DNA from: Eledone cirrhosa
Lineage: Eukaryota
NCBI GenBank assembly: GCA_964016885.1
Contig: OZ024743.1
Coordinates: 161,076,001-161,140,000, forward strand
Reading direction: 5' to 3'
Length of the DNA: 64,000 nucleotides
The notes below the pieces were generated by a model. That model searched no databases. It saw only the letters and a program-made list of their open reading frames with translations, and was not told the origin of the DNA. Shown here one piece after another: positions 38,701-52,212 of this stretch; the stretch's first letter is position 1, and every line of letters starts with the position of its first letter. The position numbers were made by a program, and so were the translations under genes.

Positions 38701-39942
38701 ACGCCAACATTTGGCCTACTGAACTGGTCATTGCAAGAACTAAGTGAGATGGATGTTAGAACTCGTAAACTTCTCAGTGTTACTGGGAACTTTAACATCA
38801 ATGGTGATGTGGATAGGCTATACTTCTCACGCAAGGAAGGTGGCCGGGGTCTAAAATCAATATTAACAACATATGAGACCCGGATAGTAACACTGAAGCA
38901 ACACCTTCAACAGAGGAAAAAGGTTGGCGACCATCTTGCTCAGGTTTATGAGCATGAAAAAAGAAATATCATTAGAATAGCGACTGATCTGGAGGAGAGA
39001 TATGGAATAAAGCCTGATATAAATCTCTCACCCAGAGAAATCGGAAGATCCTATTCAATGTTCAAACAAGAAAAAAAAATTGACCAATTTACAGAGAAAG
39101 TTGTGCATGGATACTTGAGGCGTAAAACACAGACCATAGAGGGGATAAACCACTCAAAAAGCCTGGCATGGAGTTCCGACAAGTTTATGACATCACACCT
39201 TGAGGGATATCTCTATGCAATACAGGAACAAGAACTCCCTACCAAATATCTGCTGCACAAAAGAGGAGGGCCAGCAGCTGACAATAAATGTAGGCTATGT
39301 AAAACAAAGATCGAGGATGTAAGCCACATTGTTGCCAGCTGCGAAAGAATGTCATCTCGCTACTACCTCCCCATGAGACACGATGGGATAGCTAGAACTA
39401 TCTGGAACGCACTTCGGAAAACAAAATTAACAACAAACGAGGAAGAATATATTGAGACAGATGGCACTAAGGAATACTGGTGGAACCTGAAAATAAAAAC
39501 TGCCACCAAATTAAAGCACAACCGGCCTGATATTGTAGTTTGGGACCACACATTGAAAACGTGTTCTGTTGTGGAGATCAGCTGCCCACTTGATGTAAAC
39601 GTTGTCAGAAAAATACAGGAGAAGGAGGACATCTACGGACCATTGATGAGGAGCTTACAAATCCAGTATCCAAGATACACCTTTAGCTTCATACCCATCA
39701 TTATTGGTGCTACGGGTTATATACCAACCCGCTTGGACCAAAGTATGACCGAACTTGGATTTGCGGACAAAAAGCGCAGCTCCCTAATTCATAGTCTACA
39801 AATGGCTGCGATAGCTGGCACCTTCAAAATATGCAAAACATTCTTGCGATTCAAGGGATGACAATTTCTTTTCTTTTACAACCTTGCCACCAGGAAGGTG
39901 GCCGGTCAAAAAAATATACTCGAAATTAAGAGAAAGAGAAAA
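35720..39942 (+). mobile_element. R4/Dong-like non-LTR retrotransposon (RT plus restriction-like endonuclease) inserted in (CATA)n
   Basis: Single reading frame 36352-39861; (CATA)n directly on both sides. Confidence 0.9.
36352..39861 (+). pseudogene. R4/Dong-like ORF of 1169 codons interrupted by one in-frame TAG (37564-37566)
   Basis: N-terminal WSYELNKELY..GFMQRLKTLW; RT KSPGPD, NYRPIAC, WLDYQKAFDSVPH, GIFQGDSLS, FVDD, YRYLG; CRLC..EDVSHIVASC, RHD, NRPDIV, VEISCP, KEDIY; ORF-track pieces 36352-37566 and 37618-39861 are in frame. Confidence 0.88.
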
Positions 39943-40266
39943 CATACATACACACACACATACATACATACATACATACATACATACATACATACATACA
40001 TACATTAATACATACATACATACATACATACATACATACATACATACATACATTAATACATACATACACACATACATACATACATACACACATACATACA
40101 TACATACATACATACATACACACACACATACATACATACATACACACACACATACATACATACATACATACATACATACATACACACACACATACATACA
40201 TACATACATACATACATACATACATACATACATACATACATACATACATACATACATACATACATA

Positions 40267-40700
40267 CATGGTGGCTGCAAACTCTGCTAAGAGTATTGCA
40301 ATCGCTTGTCAGATTACAGAAAATGGTGCACTTTTATGCTACGGCCAGCCATACGAACCTGTAACAGATCCTGAACAACCAATGCCTGTGCTTTGAAGAT
40401 TTTTTAAGTGGGGAAGGGCCTTGCACTCGACCAATCCCACTCCCTGATCATCGAAAACACTACCCGAAAAGGAGAATTGGTCAACATCATCGGATGCTTC
40501 CGAAGCCGCAGGTTTTTTTGGGGTTTTTTTCAGTTTCCCCTCTCTTAGAAAGGTGTTGTGACAACAACTGGGTGCCTTTCACGCCCAGGTGAAAAACAAA
40601 ATAGAAGAAAAGTACTATTTGGATGGCCATTGACTCTGCCGAGTTCCTCCGCCCTTCGCCGGGTCTTGTTTTTCATCACGCAGGGTGTCCAAATATCGCC
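40267..40700 (-). mobile_element. Short RTE-derived element, family B (longer copy 60035-60557, plus strand)
   Basis: Reverse-complement match to ~60150-60557; 3' end gagtttgcagccaccatg nearly identical to family A. Confidence 0.75.
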
Positions 40701-40784
40701 TACACATACATACATACATACATACATACATACATACATACATACATACATACATACATACATACATACATACATACATACATA

Positions 40785-43700
40785 GTCAACGCGATCAGTC
40801 GCATATTTTGGCGTGGGAGACTAATTATTAAATTTAAGATGAATACTATCTCCGACAGTAATGCCACAACTACAGTCAGGTTGAATAACTGGTTATTCTT
40901 CTAACTATCCCTTCTGAAGACACCTTTTATTCGAATTCGTAGAGATATCCGACTAAATACATAATTCATTTTACAAGGATTTGCTACAAACAGAGTGACT
41001 GAACACAACATCAACAAGAAAATTAAGGAAGTATCGAAGAAGGTAATCAAACTTTATTCAGTTGTAGCTACAGAAGAAACCGAAACTATAAATCGCATTT
41101 CTCTTGGAGTTGCGAACTTAATAATGATTTATTTAATTGTTATAAAATGGCAAGAAGCAATCCCTCCATTGGCTATATAAACAGAATGAAGCTACACTGG
41201 GACGAAATGCACCCAGAGCTAAATTATTTCACAGCGAAACAATTACGCCAACAAGCGACGTTTGTTGAACGTAAAAATAAGATAAATATTATTAATTGTA
41301 AGTCCCCCACAACAAACATGGAATCAACAACACGTGCTACAGATCGCCATGCTACTAAACTTCCTAGCAGCCAGGTCGAACAGCGTCTTGAAACAACTAT
41401 GCCTGTAAGAAACTTGATACCACCTGTACCATCTAAGTCTACCTCGAATGCTGGGGAAAACACTATCGATAATAATAATAATCGAAGAAATAATAATAAT
41501 AATCGAATAAATGTGAAACCAAGTATACCATCCGAGTCTACCTCGACTGTTGTGGAAAATACTATCGATAATGATAATCAAAAGTATAAACAATTGAAAA
41601 TTTCCCGCAACAAAATCTTCCAGAGAGAAATTAACTCATGTATAAATATCTCTCTGGCTGAACGTGGTAAAATGACAATGGTGAATAAAAAACCAAATAA
41701 TAAAATACTACGTGTTATTGACGAAATAGGGGATGAATATTTACGACGGATAAAAACCCCAACATTTTGGCAAATCAACGCCTGTTTATAATCCTTAGCA
41801 ATGACAGTGAAGCATTATCTTGGTGATAGCAGAGATATTAACAAGAACAAAACGCCACCAAAAATACCATCATATATAACTAAAATAGAAAAAAAGAGTG
41901 CTGACCTACGAAAAAACATAGGACATGTGCTAACATGCAAACAAACACAAAAAACCTCACTCCTCATCAACAAAGAGTGAAAAATAAAATAGAGACGATG
42001 TTTGGTAACAGTCGAACCAGAACTCTCCAATATAAGCTGATCATCCTCAAACAAGAATTGAGAGCTGTTAGCGAAAAACGACGATACCTGAAGAAGGTAG
42101 ATGAGAGAAAAATGCTTAATAAAAGATTCAGACGAAACCAAATATCAGTCTATAGAGATATGAAGGGCAAAATAATAAGCGTCACTGAGGCCCCATCCCA
42201 GAAAGACATACATTCCTTTTGGAGAAAAATATGGGGTGAAAAGAAGAATTTCCACCAAGATGCAGTGTGGCTAAGAGAAATCCGAAAGAACTATTGCTCC
42301 TACACTACAACAAAAACATACGAAATAAGTGAGGGTACCCTTGAGACTGTGATAGGAAAACTCCAAGATAAGAAAACACCAGGCAGAGACATGATTGTCG
42401 GCTACTGGTACAAAAAACTAATATTCTATCGGAGGTATCTTACTGACCTCTACCAACAAGTTCTTAAGGGAGATACACTTATACCAGAATGGTTGACATT
42501 AGCACAAACGTTACTGGTCCACAAGAACAAAGACACCCACTTGGCAAAAAACTACCGACCCATTGCATGCCAGAACCTGATGTATAAGATGTATACAGCC
42601 TGCCTGAACCTATTCCTCCAAGATCACTGTGAAAATAATAACATCATCACAGATGAACAAGCAGCTGGAAAGAAAAGGGTTTGGGGATGTGCTGAACAAC
42701 TCCTAATCAACAAAACTGCGGTGTCGGAGGTGCGACAAATTAGGAGGAATATGACTACAGTCTGGCTGGACTACAGGAAAGCTTTCGATTCTGTTCCCCA
42801 CTCTTGGATGCTAGAGGCCCTCCAACTTGCTAAAGTCCCAGACATTATTGTCAGAGCCATAGAGAGGCTGTCTTCTTCTTGCGCTACTATCCTAAGGTTA
42901 AAGACAGAGAGGGAGGACTCTATTATCACTGATAAAATAAAATATTGCAGTGGTATATTTCAGGGTGACAGTCTCTCTGTGATATTGTTCATCTTGTCAT
43001 TAAACCCCTTGTCCTTTCTGCTCAAGAAATGTGAGGGATACATCATTGGCTCACAGGAGGACAGAAATACGAACCTTTGTGGACGATCTGAAACTCTATG
43101 TCAAGAACATGGATGGGATGAAGAAAAATCTTGACCTGGTTACAACGTTCTCAAAGCATATAGGAATGGAGTTTGGCCAAGATAAATGCTCATACATGAC
43201 TGTAAAGCGGGGAAAAACAACAACCCAATCTAGCAACATTGTCATCAATGGTCTAACTGTTTCACCGATATCTGATGAGGACTGCTACAGATACCTGGGG
43301 ATAGATGAGAACATATCCTATAATGGTATCTGTAATAAAGAACGCGTAACCAGGAATACTACACCCGATTAAGAAAGATCTGGTCATCGGAGCTCTCTGC
43401 GCAAAACAAAACAGTGGCTCACAATGTGTTTGCTGTGCCTGTCCTAACACCAACGTTTGGAATACTCAATTGGACAATATACGAAATCCGAGCAGTTGAT
43501 GTTGGAACTCGAAAAATACTGAACAACACCGGAAACTTCCACATCAACAGTGACATAGACCGCCTTTACTTGAAACGTAAGCAGGGAGGCAGAGGCCTAA
43601 CATCAGTCCAGACAACATTTGAATGTCGCATCATATCTCTCCGACAACATCTATGAACCTCGAAGCGTAGGCGCCCGCTTCTCGAACAAGTCTAAGTGCA

Positions 43701-44860
43701 TGAAATAGATAAGATCATGAGAGTTGGGAAGGAACTCCTTGAGAGATATTCCCTGTGTGATAATCAAAAACTCACACCCAGGGATGTCGCTCAGCAGTAT
43801 CGCAGTGAATCCATTGATGAAAAACTGCATGCCTATCAGCGAAAAAGTCATGCATGTATATGTTGCCAGGAAGCTCCAGAGTGAGAGTAATATAGATAAG
43901 GAAAGTAGTCTATCTTGGACCAACAACCGCTATATTGGCTCCCACTTGAAAGGATACGCTTTTGTAATCCAAGAACAGGAAATCAACCCGAAATACCGGA
44001 TTCACAAAAGAGATAGGGATGCAGGCAAAACACCTAGATGTGATAACAAGTGCAGACTCTGCAGAATTAACATCAAAGATGTCACCCATGTCATAAGCTG
44101 TGTCCAAAGATGTCATCGTGGTACTATCTACCTATGAGGCATGATGTAGTGGCCAAAACACTGTACTATGCAATCCGTAGAAAAGATAGCCCCGATAATA
44201 AACACATTAAAAGCTACAGCAATGTGGAAGACATCCATCTACATAATATGAAATATTACTGGTGGAATGTTCCAGTAAAACCCCCAATAAAATGCAGGCA
44301 TAACAGACCAGATATTATGATATGGGACAGGGAGAAGAAAACATGCACAGTAGTGAAAATTAACTGCCCAGCAGATGCCAATATAATATCAAAGATTAGT
44401 GAAAAGGAGAATATTTATGCAGAACTGATGAGAAATTGCAGATACTCCACCCTGATTACACCTTCGGATTTATGCCTGTGATTATTGGCACTGGGATATG
44501 TTAGTAACTGCCTCAATACAAATCTTGAGAAACTAGGCTTCACAGGAACAGAAAGAACACAACTAGTTAGGAAACTACAAGTACAATCCATTAATGGAAC
44601 AGTAAAAATATGTAAAACTTTCCAAAAATTTTGCATCTAATAACTGCATATACACATGTACAGATACAAAGCATATACACATGCACACATACAACTCAAA
44701 ACATCCACATACAATAACATCCATATCTACACATGCATGCATACATACATATCTACCTAGTTGATGTTGTGTAAATTCCAATGAGAGAGTCTTGTGTCTA
44801 TGTTATAAACCGACTCTCTCTCTATTGGTAAAACTTTGTGAAATTATAAAACCAGAAGAA
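40785..44860 (+). mobile_element. R4/Dong-like element, second family, frameshifted
   Basis: GYINRMKLHWDEMHPEL, NYRPIACQN, WLDYRKAFDSVPH, GIFQGDSLS, FVDD, CRLC, RHD, NRPDIM; (CATA)n on both sides. Confidence 0.9.
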
Positions 44861-45949
44861 CATACATACATACATACATACATGGTGGCTGCCAACTCGT
44901 TTTCGAGTACGGCCACTACTTTACATCCATGTAGGATAACCCCTACCGAAGCGCTGAACGAGTGTGACTTTTTAGTCCAGCCAGCGACTTGAAACCTCTG
45001 GTACAAACACTACACCTGTGACAATCATTGACACATAGTGCTAGGCCCATGGTAGGACAATCATTGACACATAGTGCTGGGCCCATGTGAGGACAAGTGC
45101 AGAGAGATCTCCAGATATAAAGCAATGCCTGTGCCGTGAAGCTTTTATAGTGAGCAAAGGCACTGCACAAAGCCAGTCCCACTCTCTTAACCAAGATGAT
45201 ATTTACCAAAAAGAAGAACAAGTCAACATCATTGGATACCATCAGGGTTGCAGGTGTTATATCAGAGTTTTCCTTCTCCTAGAATTCTGCCTTGACTAAG
45301 GCTAAAGGGGTCATCATACATACATACATACATACATACATACATACATACATACACGATATACATACATATATCTACATATATATAAATCAAATTTTGG
45401 TATAAAGTTAGATTGTTCTAAGCTACCACACCATGCCTTACATCATCAGCATATAATGTTGGTCTGTAATACAAAACGTTTTATACAGTTTATGCTTACA
45501 AGCCGAAATTACCTCAGAATTTCTGTTTAAGATTCTTTCGTTGGCGTAAAGGGCTTCGGTGGCACAAAGATCGTGTGTGTATAATTTTATACACTATATC
45601 TTCGTTTATGCCTGTTTCCACACAGGTCAGCGTGCACTTATGTACAAGTCTAGATCCGAAAACATTACTATTAATGTCCACATTATTTTTTCATTTTAAT
45701 ATTATTAATACCTTCATTTTTTTATGTAGCAAGAATGTATTCTTCTCGCTTCACATCCTTGCACGCATTTCTCCCATCTCAAGTGAACCACCATTATGTC
45801 TTCCTGTTTTCTAAAGGCAATATTTGGTCGTAACTTTCTTTGAAATATTTATTTCTGCGTCTACAGATTAAATTTTCTCAATTTCAGAAGATCCCGTTTA
45901 GAGTGAAAGCAAAAATTCGTTACTTGAATTTTGATATGTAATAGTAATA

Positions 45950-47880
45950 GATATTTGCCCTACGGGAATGTGTTTTGCAAATTAAACTTAAACATATGTT
46001 CCTTAAGACCAGAAAGAGGCAGACCACCTACCATTACCTCAATGGCCAAGAAGACCCACGCCAAAAAAAGGAGCGGGTGAACCAAAGCCATTCGGACTCC
46101 CGAAAACCACGATGAAATAAAGAAAATTATCACACATTAAGGAACATATGTTTAAGTTTAATGGTAAAACATATGCCCAAGAGGAGGGGGCAGCCATTGG
46201 CGTCTGCATTTTGGGTAACATAGCTAACCTCTTTATGGTATGGTGGGACAGAAAACTTAAGGAACGCTTAGATGAGAATTTTATAACCCTGACTATGTAC
46301 TTCCGCTACGTAGATGACATAAACATCGTAGTAAAAAACATCCCCACAAGAGAACAGCCAGGAATTAGAGGAGAACACCATGGAAAGTATCTAGAAAATA
46401 GCTAACACCATCCACCAGAGTATTAAAGTTACCATAGACTACCCAACTAAACACCCCAACCAAAGATTACCAGCACTAGACAGACCTCTGGTTAGAAACT
46501 ATTAATAATAGAACACAAATCCTCCATTCACATTATGCAAAACCCATGACTTCCAAATACCTGATCCACCGAAACTCAGCTGTTTCGGATAACATGAAAG
46601 TCAAGATACTGATTGCGGATTTAGTAAGAGTGACGAGGAACGTGTCCCGCATGTGCAATCTTAAAGAATTAGAAAGAGACATACAACACTTCATCCACCG
46701 CATGCAGTTTTCTGGCTACAATCAGAGAGACAGGATCAGGGTATATAAAGAAGCCAGGACCAAATAGGCAAAGATTGTAGAAAACTAAGCAAATGGGATT
46801 TGCCCCATGCATAAGAGCAAAGTTTGGAATAAGATAGAGAGAATTAAGAAAAAGACCAATAAAACAATTCATGGTATGATAACAATAAATACCAGAGTGT
46901 AATGTTCGTCAATGTGACCCCAGAGGTGAACTAGCTTACAAATTTAAAAGGGCTCTGGGCAAATAAAAATTAAATATTAAGATAATTAAAAGAGCAGGTA
47001 TTCCCATAAAAGCCCTAATTAGTAGAACATATCAGTTTTAAAAAAGAAACTGCAGTGATACGAAATGCATTGTCTGCAAATTAACCCCACAAACTAACTT
47101 CAAAACTAAAAACGTAGTATGTAGCATAAGATGTACTGAGGGACAGTGTAGGAATAATAACTCAACATACATAGGTGAAACAGCTTGTAGTATAGGAGAA
47201 ACGGTAAAATGATCATTGGCGAGAAATCCAAGATGGGAAAAATTCATCAGTACTCCCCCAACATGCCAAAATGGAACATAGGGGCACATTAGAGAATATA
47301 GAGATAAAAATTATATCCACACACAGAAAAGATGCAATACTCAGACAAATTACAGAAGCGATAAACATAAACGAACTCCAACCAAAATTAAACAGAAAAC
47401 ATGAGTGGAATAGCGACATCATCATAACTAGTAATAAAGGACAAAATGAAGACATACAGAGACACACAAAAACCAAACTAATAAAACAAATTATACACAC
47501 ACAGATAGAACAAGCAACCAACTAGTGATCAGTAAATAAACACATAAATATATACATAAAAACCAGCATGTGCGTGTGTTTTTATTGGCAGCATGATCCG
47601 CCCAAAGTATAACAATATACACACACACATAAAAAATGGGCATACATACGCATTCAAACAATTACATACACACACAGCCACGTAAAAACTAAGGCCGATG
47701 TTTATATAAACCCAATTCTTTAACAATCACCACAAACACTGTTTTTTGTTGAATCACCAAGTCTGACGAGCGGAACTTTGCTGGAGTTGGATCTAAAGCT
47801 TCCATATGTGACCATGAGCCAATTATTTGTGAAACATACATAATAGGTTGATAATCAACAAAAACATGTAAACGAAACTA
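45950..47880 (+). mobile_element. Decayed Penelope-like element (RT, GIY-YIG, 3' region)
   Basis: FKFNGKTYAQEEGAAIG, YFRYVDD, KPMTSKYLIHRNSA, MQFSGY, CIVC..KNVV, YIGET, RQITEAINI..LNRKHEW. Confidence 0.85.
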
Positions 47881-47910
47881 CAGTTTTTTTTATTATTATA
47901 TAAATATATG

Positions 47911-48006
<96 letters not shown>

Positions 48007-48104
48007 AGAGATGTCAACATGAATAGACCTGTTATTTTTATATAAAGACATTTTTTACAATTCCAACCCGCCCGTCACCTCAATCTGTCTTATTTCTCAT
48101 TCCT

Positions 48105-48140
48105 TCTTCTGATGAAGGACTAGCGTCCGAAACGTTAAGA
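48105..48140 (+). ncRNA. Minimal hammerhead with a loopless palindromic stem III
   Basis: TCTT-CTGATGA-a-GGAC-tagc-GTCC-GAAAC-GTT^-AAGA; followed by an inverted repeat (48141-48228 / 48259-48346) around (TA)n. Confidence 0.75.
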
Positions 48141-48350
48141 CCCTCTTCCTGCTATATCAAGAGTTAACCTAATATATCCCTCCCATATACTGTACCGATT
48201 GTGTTGTTATTTCTGTTTACCTTTTACATATATATATATATATATATATGAATATATTTGTAAAAGGTAAACAGAAATAACAACACAATCGGTACAGTAT
48301 ATGGAAAGGATATATTAGATTAACGCTTGATATAGCAGGAAGAGGGTTAA

Positions 48351-48560
48351 GAAAAGAGTCAGGACCCCGCCGGCTGAGCTCCGGCTGTTTCCATAGCTAG
48401 ATCCGAACACGTTCGGATCTAGCGTTCGGATCTAGCTGTCGAAACGGCCGGAGCGCAGCCGTCGGGGTCCTGACTCTTTTCCTATTACCGCCTCTACTAC
48501 CCTAAGTATCGAGTACTCTGCTGCGTTATGGTCCATCTGGTATCTTACCACATCTTCTTC
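48351..48560 (+). mobile_element. Fold-back fragment of the 11415-11817 HHR family
   Basis: Imperfect palindrome 48352-48480 containing gaaacggccggagcgcagccgtcggggtc; downstream ctaagtatcgagtact..ttaccac matches 11425-11475 inverted. Confidence 0.65.
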
Positions 48561-48561
48561 G

Positions 48562-48592
<31 letters not shown>

Positions 48593-49251
48593 CATACAAA
48601 CATACATACATACATACATACATACATACATACATGGTGGCTGCCAACTCGTTTTCGAGTACGGCCACTACTTCATATCCATGTAGGAGAACCCCTATTG
48701 ATGCGCTGAACGACTTGAAAACTCTGGTACAAACACTACACTTGTGACAATTATTGACACATAGTGCCAGGCCCATGGTACCATGTGACGACAAGTGCAG
48801 AGAGATCTCCAGATATAAAGCAATGCCTGTGCCGTGAAGCTTTTATAGTGAGCAAAGGCACTGCACAAAGCCAGTCCCACTCTCTTAACTAAGATGATAT
48901 TTACCAAAAAGAAGAACAAGTCAACATCATTGGATACCATCAGGGTTGCAGGTGTTATATCAGAGTTTTCCTTCTCCTAGAATTCTGTCTTGACAAAGGC
49001 TAAGGGGTCATCTCTCCCGGTGATTTTGGATGTCCATTGACTCTTAAGAGCTCCTTTGCCCTTTACATTCATACATGATGGCTGCCCCCTCGTTATCGAG
49101 TATGGCCATTGCACGAGAAGAAAAAAAAAATAAAGAAAAAATAAAAAAATAAAAAATAAATAAATAAATAAAAATAAAAAAATAAAAATAATAATAATAA
49201 TAATAATAAATAAATTAAAAAAAGAAAAAAAAAGAAGAAAAGAAAAAAGAA

Positions 49252-49282
<31 letters not shown>

Positions 49283-49447
49283 CATACATATATACATACA
49301 CACATACATACACATACACACACATATACACACACATACATTAATAACAATAATAATAATAACGACAACAACAATAATAATATACATATTCATATATATA
49401 TACACACACACGCACGCACATAAGCATATCTACACACACGATAGCAA

Positions 49448-50460
49448 CTAACAGTGCTGCGATCGAATGTGGCTTTTTAGCCCAGCCAATGATCTAAAAT
49501 GTCTTGCACAGAGTCGGCAACCAAAACATTCACTGGGAATAGTCGGCTGTGGTTGGAGTTCGTGTACTTTTGCATGTCGCTTGAGCCCTCCTGCTGATTT
49601 ACATTCTCTACCACATGTTTGGCAAGCATGATAAGTAGCATCTCCAACAGCAGCCTGGTAGTCAACCACTGGTCTTACTTTATGACTGCGAAGATGACTT
49701 TCGAGTCCAGCTTTGCTTAGGCAGAGTCTCGCACAGACGCTGCATGTCAGCACCGTAGGAGGACCCTCGCCGTCTGGAAGTGCAACAGCAATGCCCTCCT
49801 CACGTCCCGCTTTACTTTCTCGTGTGCGATTCGAGATGCCTCAAAGGCAACTTTTCCCTCATATACAGTCTTTCTCCATTTATTACGATCAGCAGCAATA
49901 TTCTCCCATGTATCAGCAGAGATGTTAGCGTCTTTCAGAGAGGCTTTCAAGGAATCCTTATACCTCTTTTTTTGGTTTATGTGGCGGTCGTTTCCTTTAA
50001 CCAACTCTCCATAGAAGAGTTGTTTTGGTATTCTAGAATCCTTCATCCTGGCAAGGTGACCACTCCAACGGAGTCGTTGCTTAAGCACAAGAGCTTCTAT
50101 ACTGTCACACATAGAGCTTTCCAAAATCTCGACATCACTGATGTGGTCCCTCCAGTGAACGCCATGGATCCGTCTGAGACACATCTGATGGAAACGCTCC
50201 AATTGCTTAAGGTGGCGTCGATATGTGACCCAGGTCTCACAGGCATAAAGAAGACAAGAGAGTACACATGCCCTGTACACCTTTACCTTTGTCCTCCTGC
50301 ATATGTCTCGCCGACCCCAGAGTCGCCTTTCTAGCTTTCCGAAAGCATCACATGCTTTCCTAATCCTAAGTGAGATTTCACTGTCAAGGTTGCCGTATCG
50401 ATTGACAGTGCTTCCCAGGTAGACAAACTGATCAACCACTCCAAGTCGTTTGCCATACAT
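49448..50460 (-). pseudogene. RTE-like LINE 3' fragment: RT thumb plus three C2H2 zinc fingers
   Basis: FVYLGS, LLYACETW, LRWSGHLARM, PKQLFYGEL; then CSVC..HLRSH, CQTC..HAKVH, CRLC..HIRSQH after a frameshift. Confidence 0.85.
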
Positions 50461-52174
50461 ATAGATATATGAGGGAGCTTATAGATAGGACAACACACGC
50501 TGTCTTTTCGTGGGGTAAGTTTTTAATTAATTTTTGTATTCTGAAACATCAAAATACAACAATTTTTTGGTCACTGGACTCGGGAATGTCACGACAGAAG
50601 TTTGTGGAAGTTACACAAATATTTTAGTATATTTTAGCAGAGCAATCCTTATTTATATTTTACATTTTACATTTACTTACATCTCAATATAACTTGGCTA
50701 AAATTCAAATTTTGCTAAGAGAAGAAAACGGTCAAATGAACTAGATACCGCTCACTGTCCCCACCACCACAATAACGTCTACACTCTCTCTCCACCATCA
50801 CATGTCATTACCATACCATATCCTATCTAGACTAAAGTCATCGACCTGTTGTCAAACTCTCTACTCTCTGTTGAATGTATATATATATGTGTGTGTGTAT
50901 GTATATGTGTGTATATACATCACTCAGTCAAACAACCAGATTTCAACCCCAACATCTACAACAACAACAACACCGGCACTAATGTTTACAGCAACAACAG
51001 CTTCAGAATGAACTGAAATGAACATTTACAACAATTACAACAACAACAACAACAACAACAGCGGCATCAAAACATAAAAAAAGGAAGGGAAAAGAAAAAA
51101 GAAAAGGGGAAGGGGAAAAAAAAAAGAAAAGAAAAAAAACCCCTCAAAATAACAAAACACACACACACACACAACACAACAACAACATCAACTGCCACCA
51201 CCACCACCACCGTCACCGCCGCCGCCATCACATACATACATACATACATACATACATACATACATACATACATACATACATACATACATGATGGTTCCCA
51301 ACTGGTTTTCGAGTACGGCCACGACTTTATATCCTTGTAGGAGAACCCCTACCGATACGCTGAACGAGTGTGACGTTTTAGTCCAGCCAGCGACATGAAA
51401 ACTCTGGTACAAACACTACACTTGTGACAATTATTGAAACATACATACATACATACATACATACATACATACATACATACATACATACATACATACATAC
51501 ATACATACATACATACATACATGGTGGCTGCCAACTCGTTTTCGAGTACGGCCACTACTTTATATCCATGTAGGAGAACCCCTACCGATGCGCTGAACGA
51601 ATGTGACTTTAGTCCAGCCAGCGACTTGAAAACTCTGGCACAAAGACTACACTTGTGACCATTATTGACACATAGTGCAGGGCCCATGGTACCATGTGAT
51701 GTCAAGTGCAGAGAGATCTCCAGATATAAAGCAATGCCTGTGCTGTGAAGCTTTTATAGTGAGCAAAGGCACTGCACAAAGCCAGTCCCACTCTCTTAAC
51801 CAAGATGATATTTACCAAAAAGAAGAACAGGTCAACATCATTGGATACCATCAGGATTGCAGGTGTTATATCAGAGTTTTCCTTCTCCTAGAATTCTGCC
51901 TTGACAAAGGCTAAGGGGTCATCTCTCCCGGTGATTTTGGATGGCTATTGACTCTTAAGAGCTCCCTTGCCCTTTGACAGGTTTTGTTTTTAGTCCTGCA
52001 GGATGTCCAAAGTCACCCTCCTCACCAAGAAACCTTGGTGGGGTTGCCAGTTTAGTCGCCAACGACCCGACCATGAGACAGGTTGTACTGGGATACATGT
52101 TACCAGTAGCACCAACTGGTGACCTGACATAACATACATACATACATACATACATACATACATACATACATACA

Positions 52175-52206
<32 letters not shown>

Positions 52207-52212
52207 CTATAC

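Noticed and set aside
47760-47850. HHR in the Penelope 3' region (ctgacga ... gaaacatacata)
   Set aside because: Expected position, but stems I and III do not pair convincingly; at best a decayed copy
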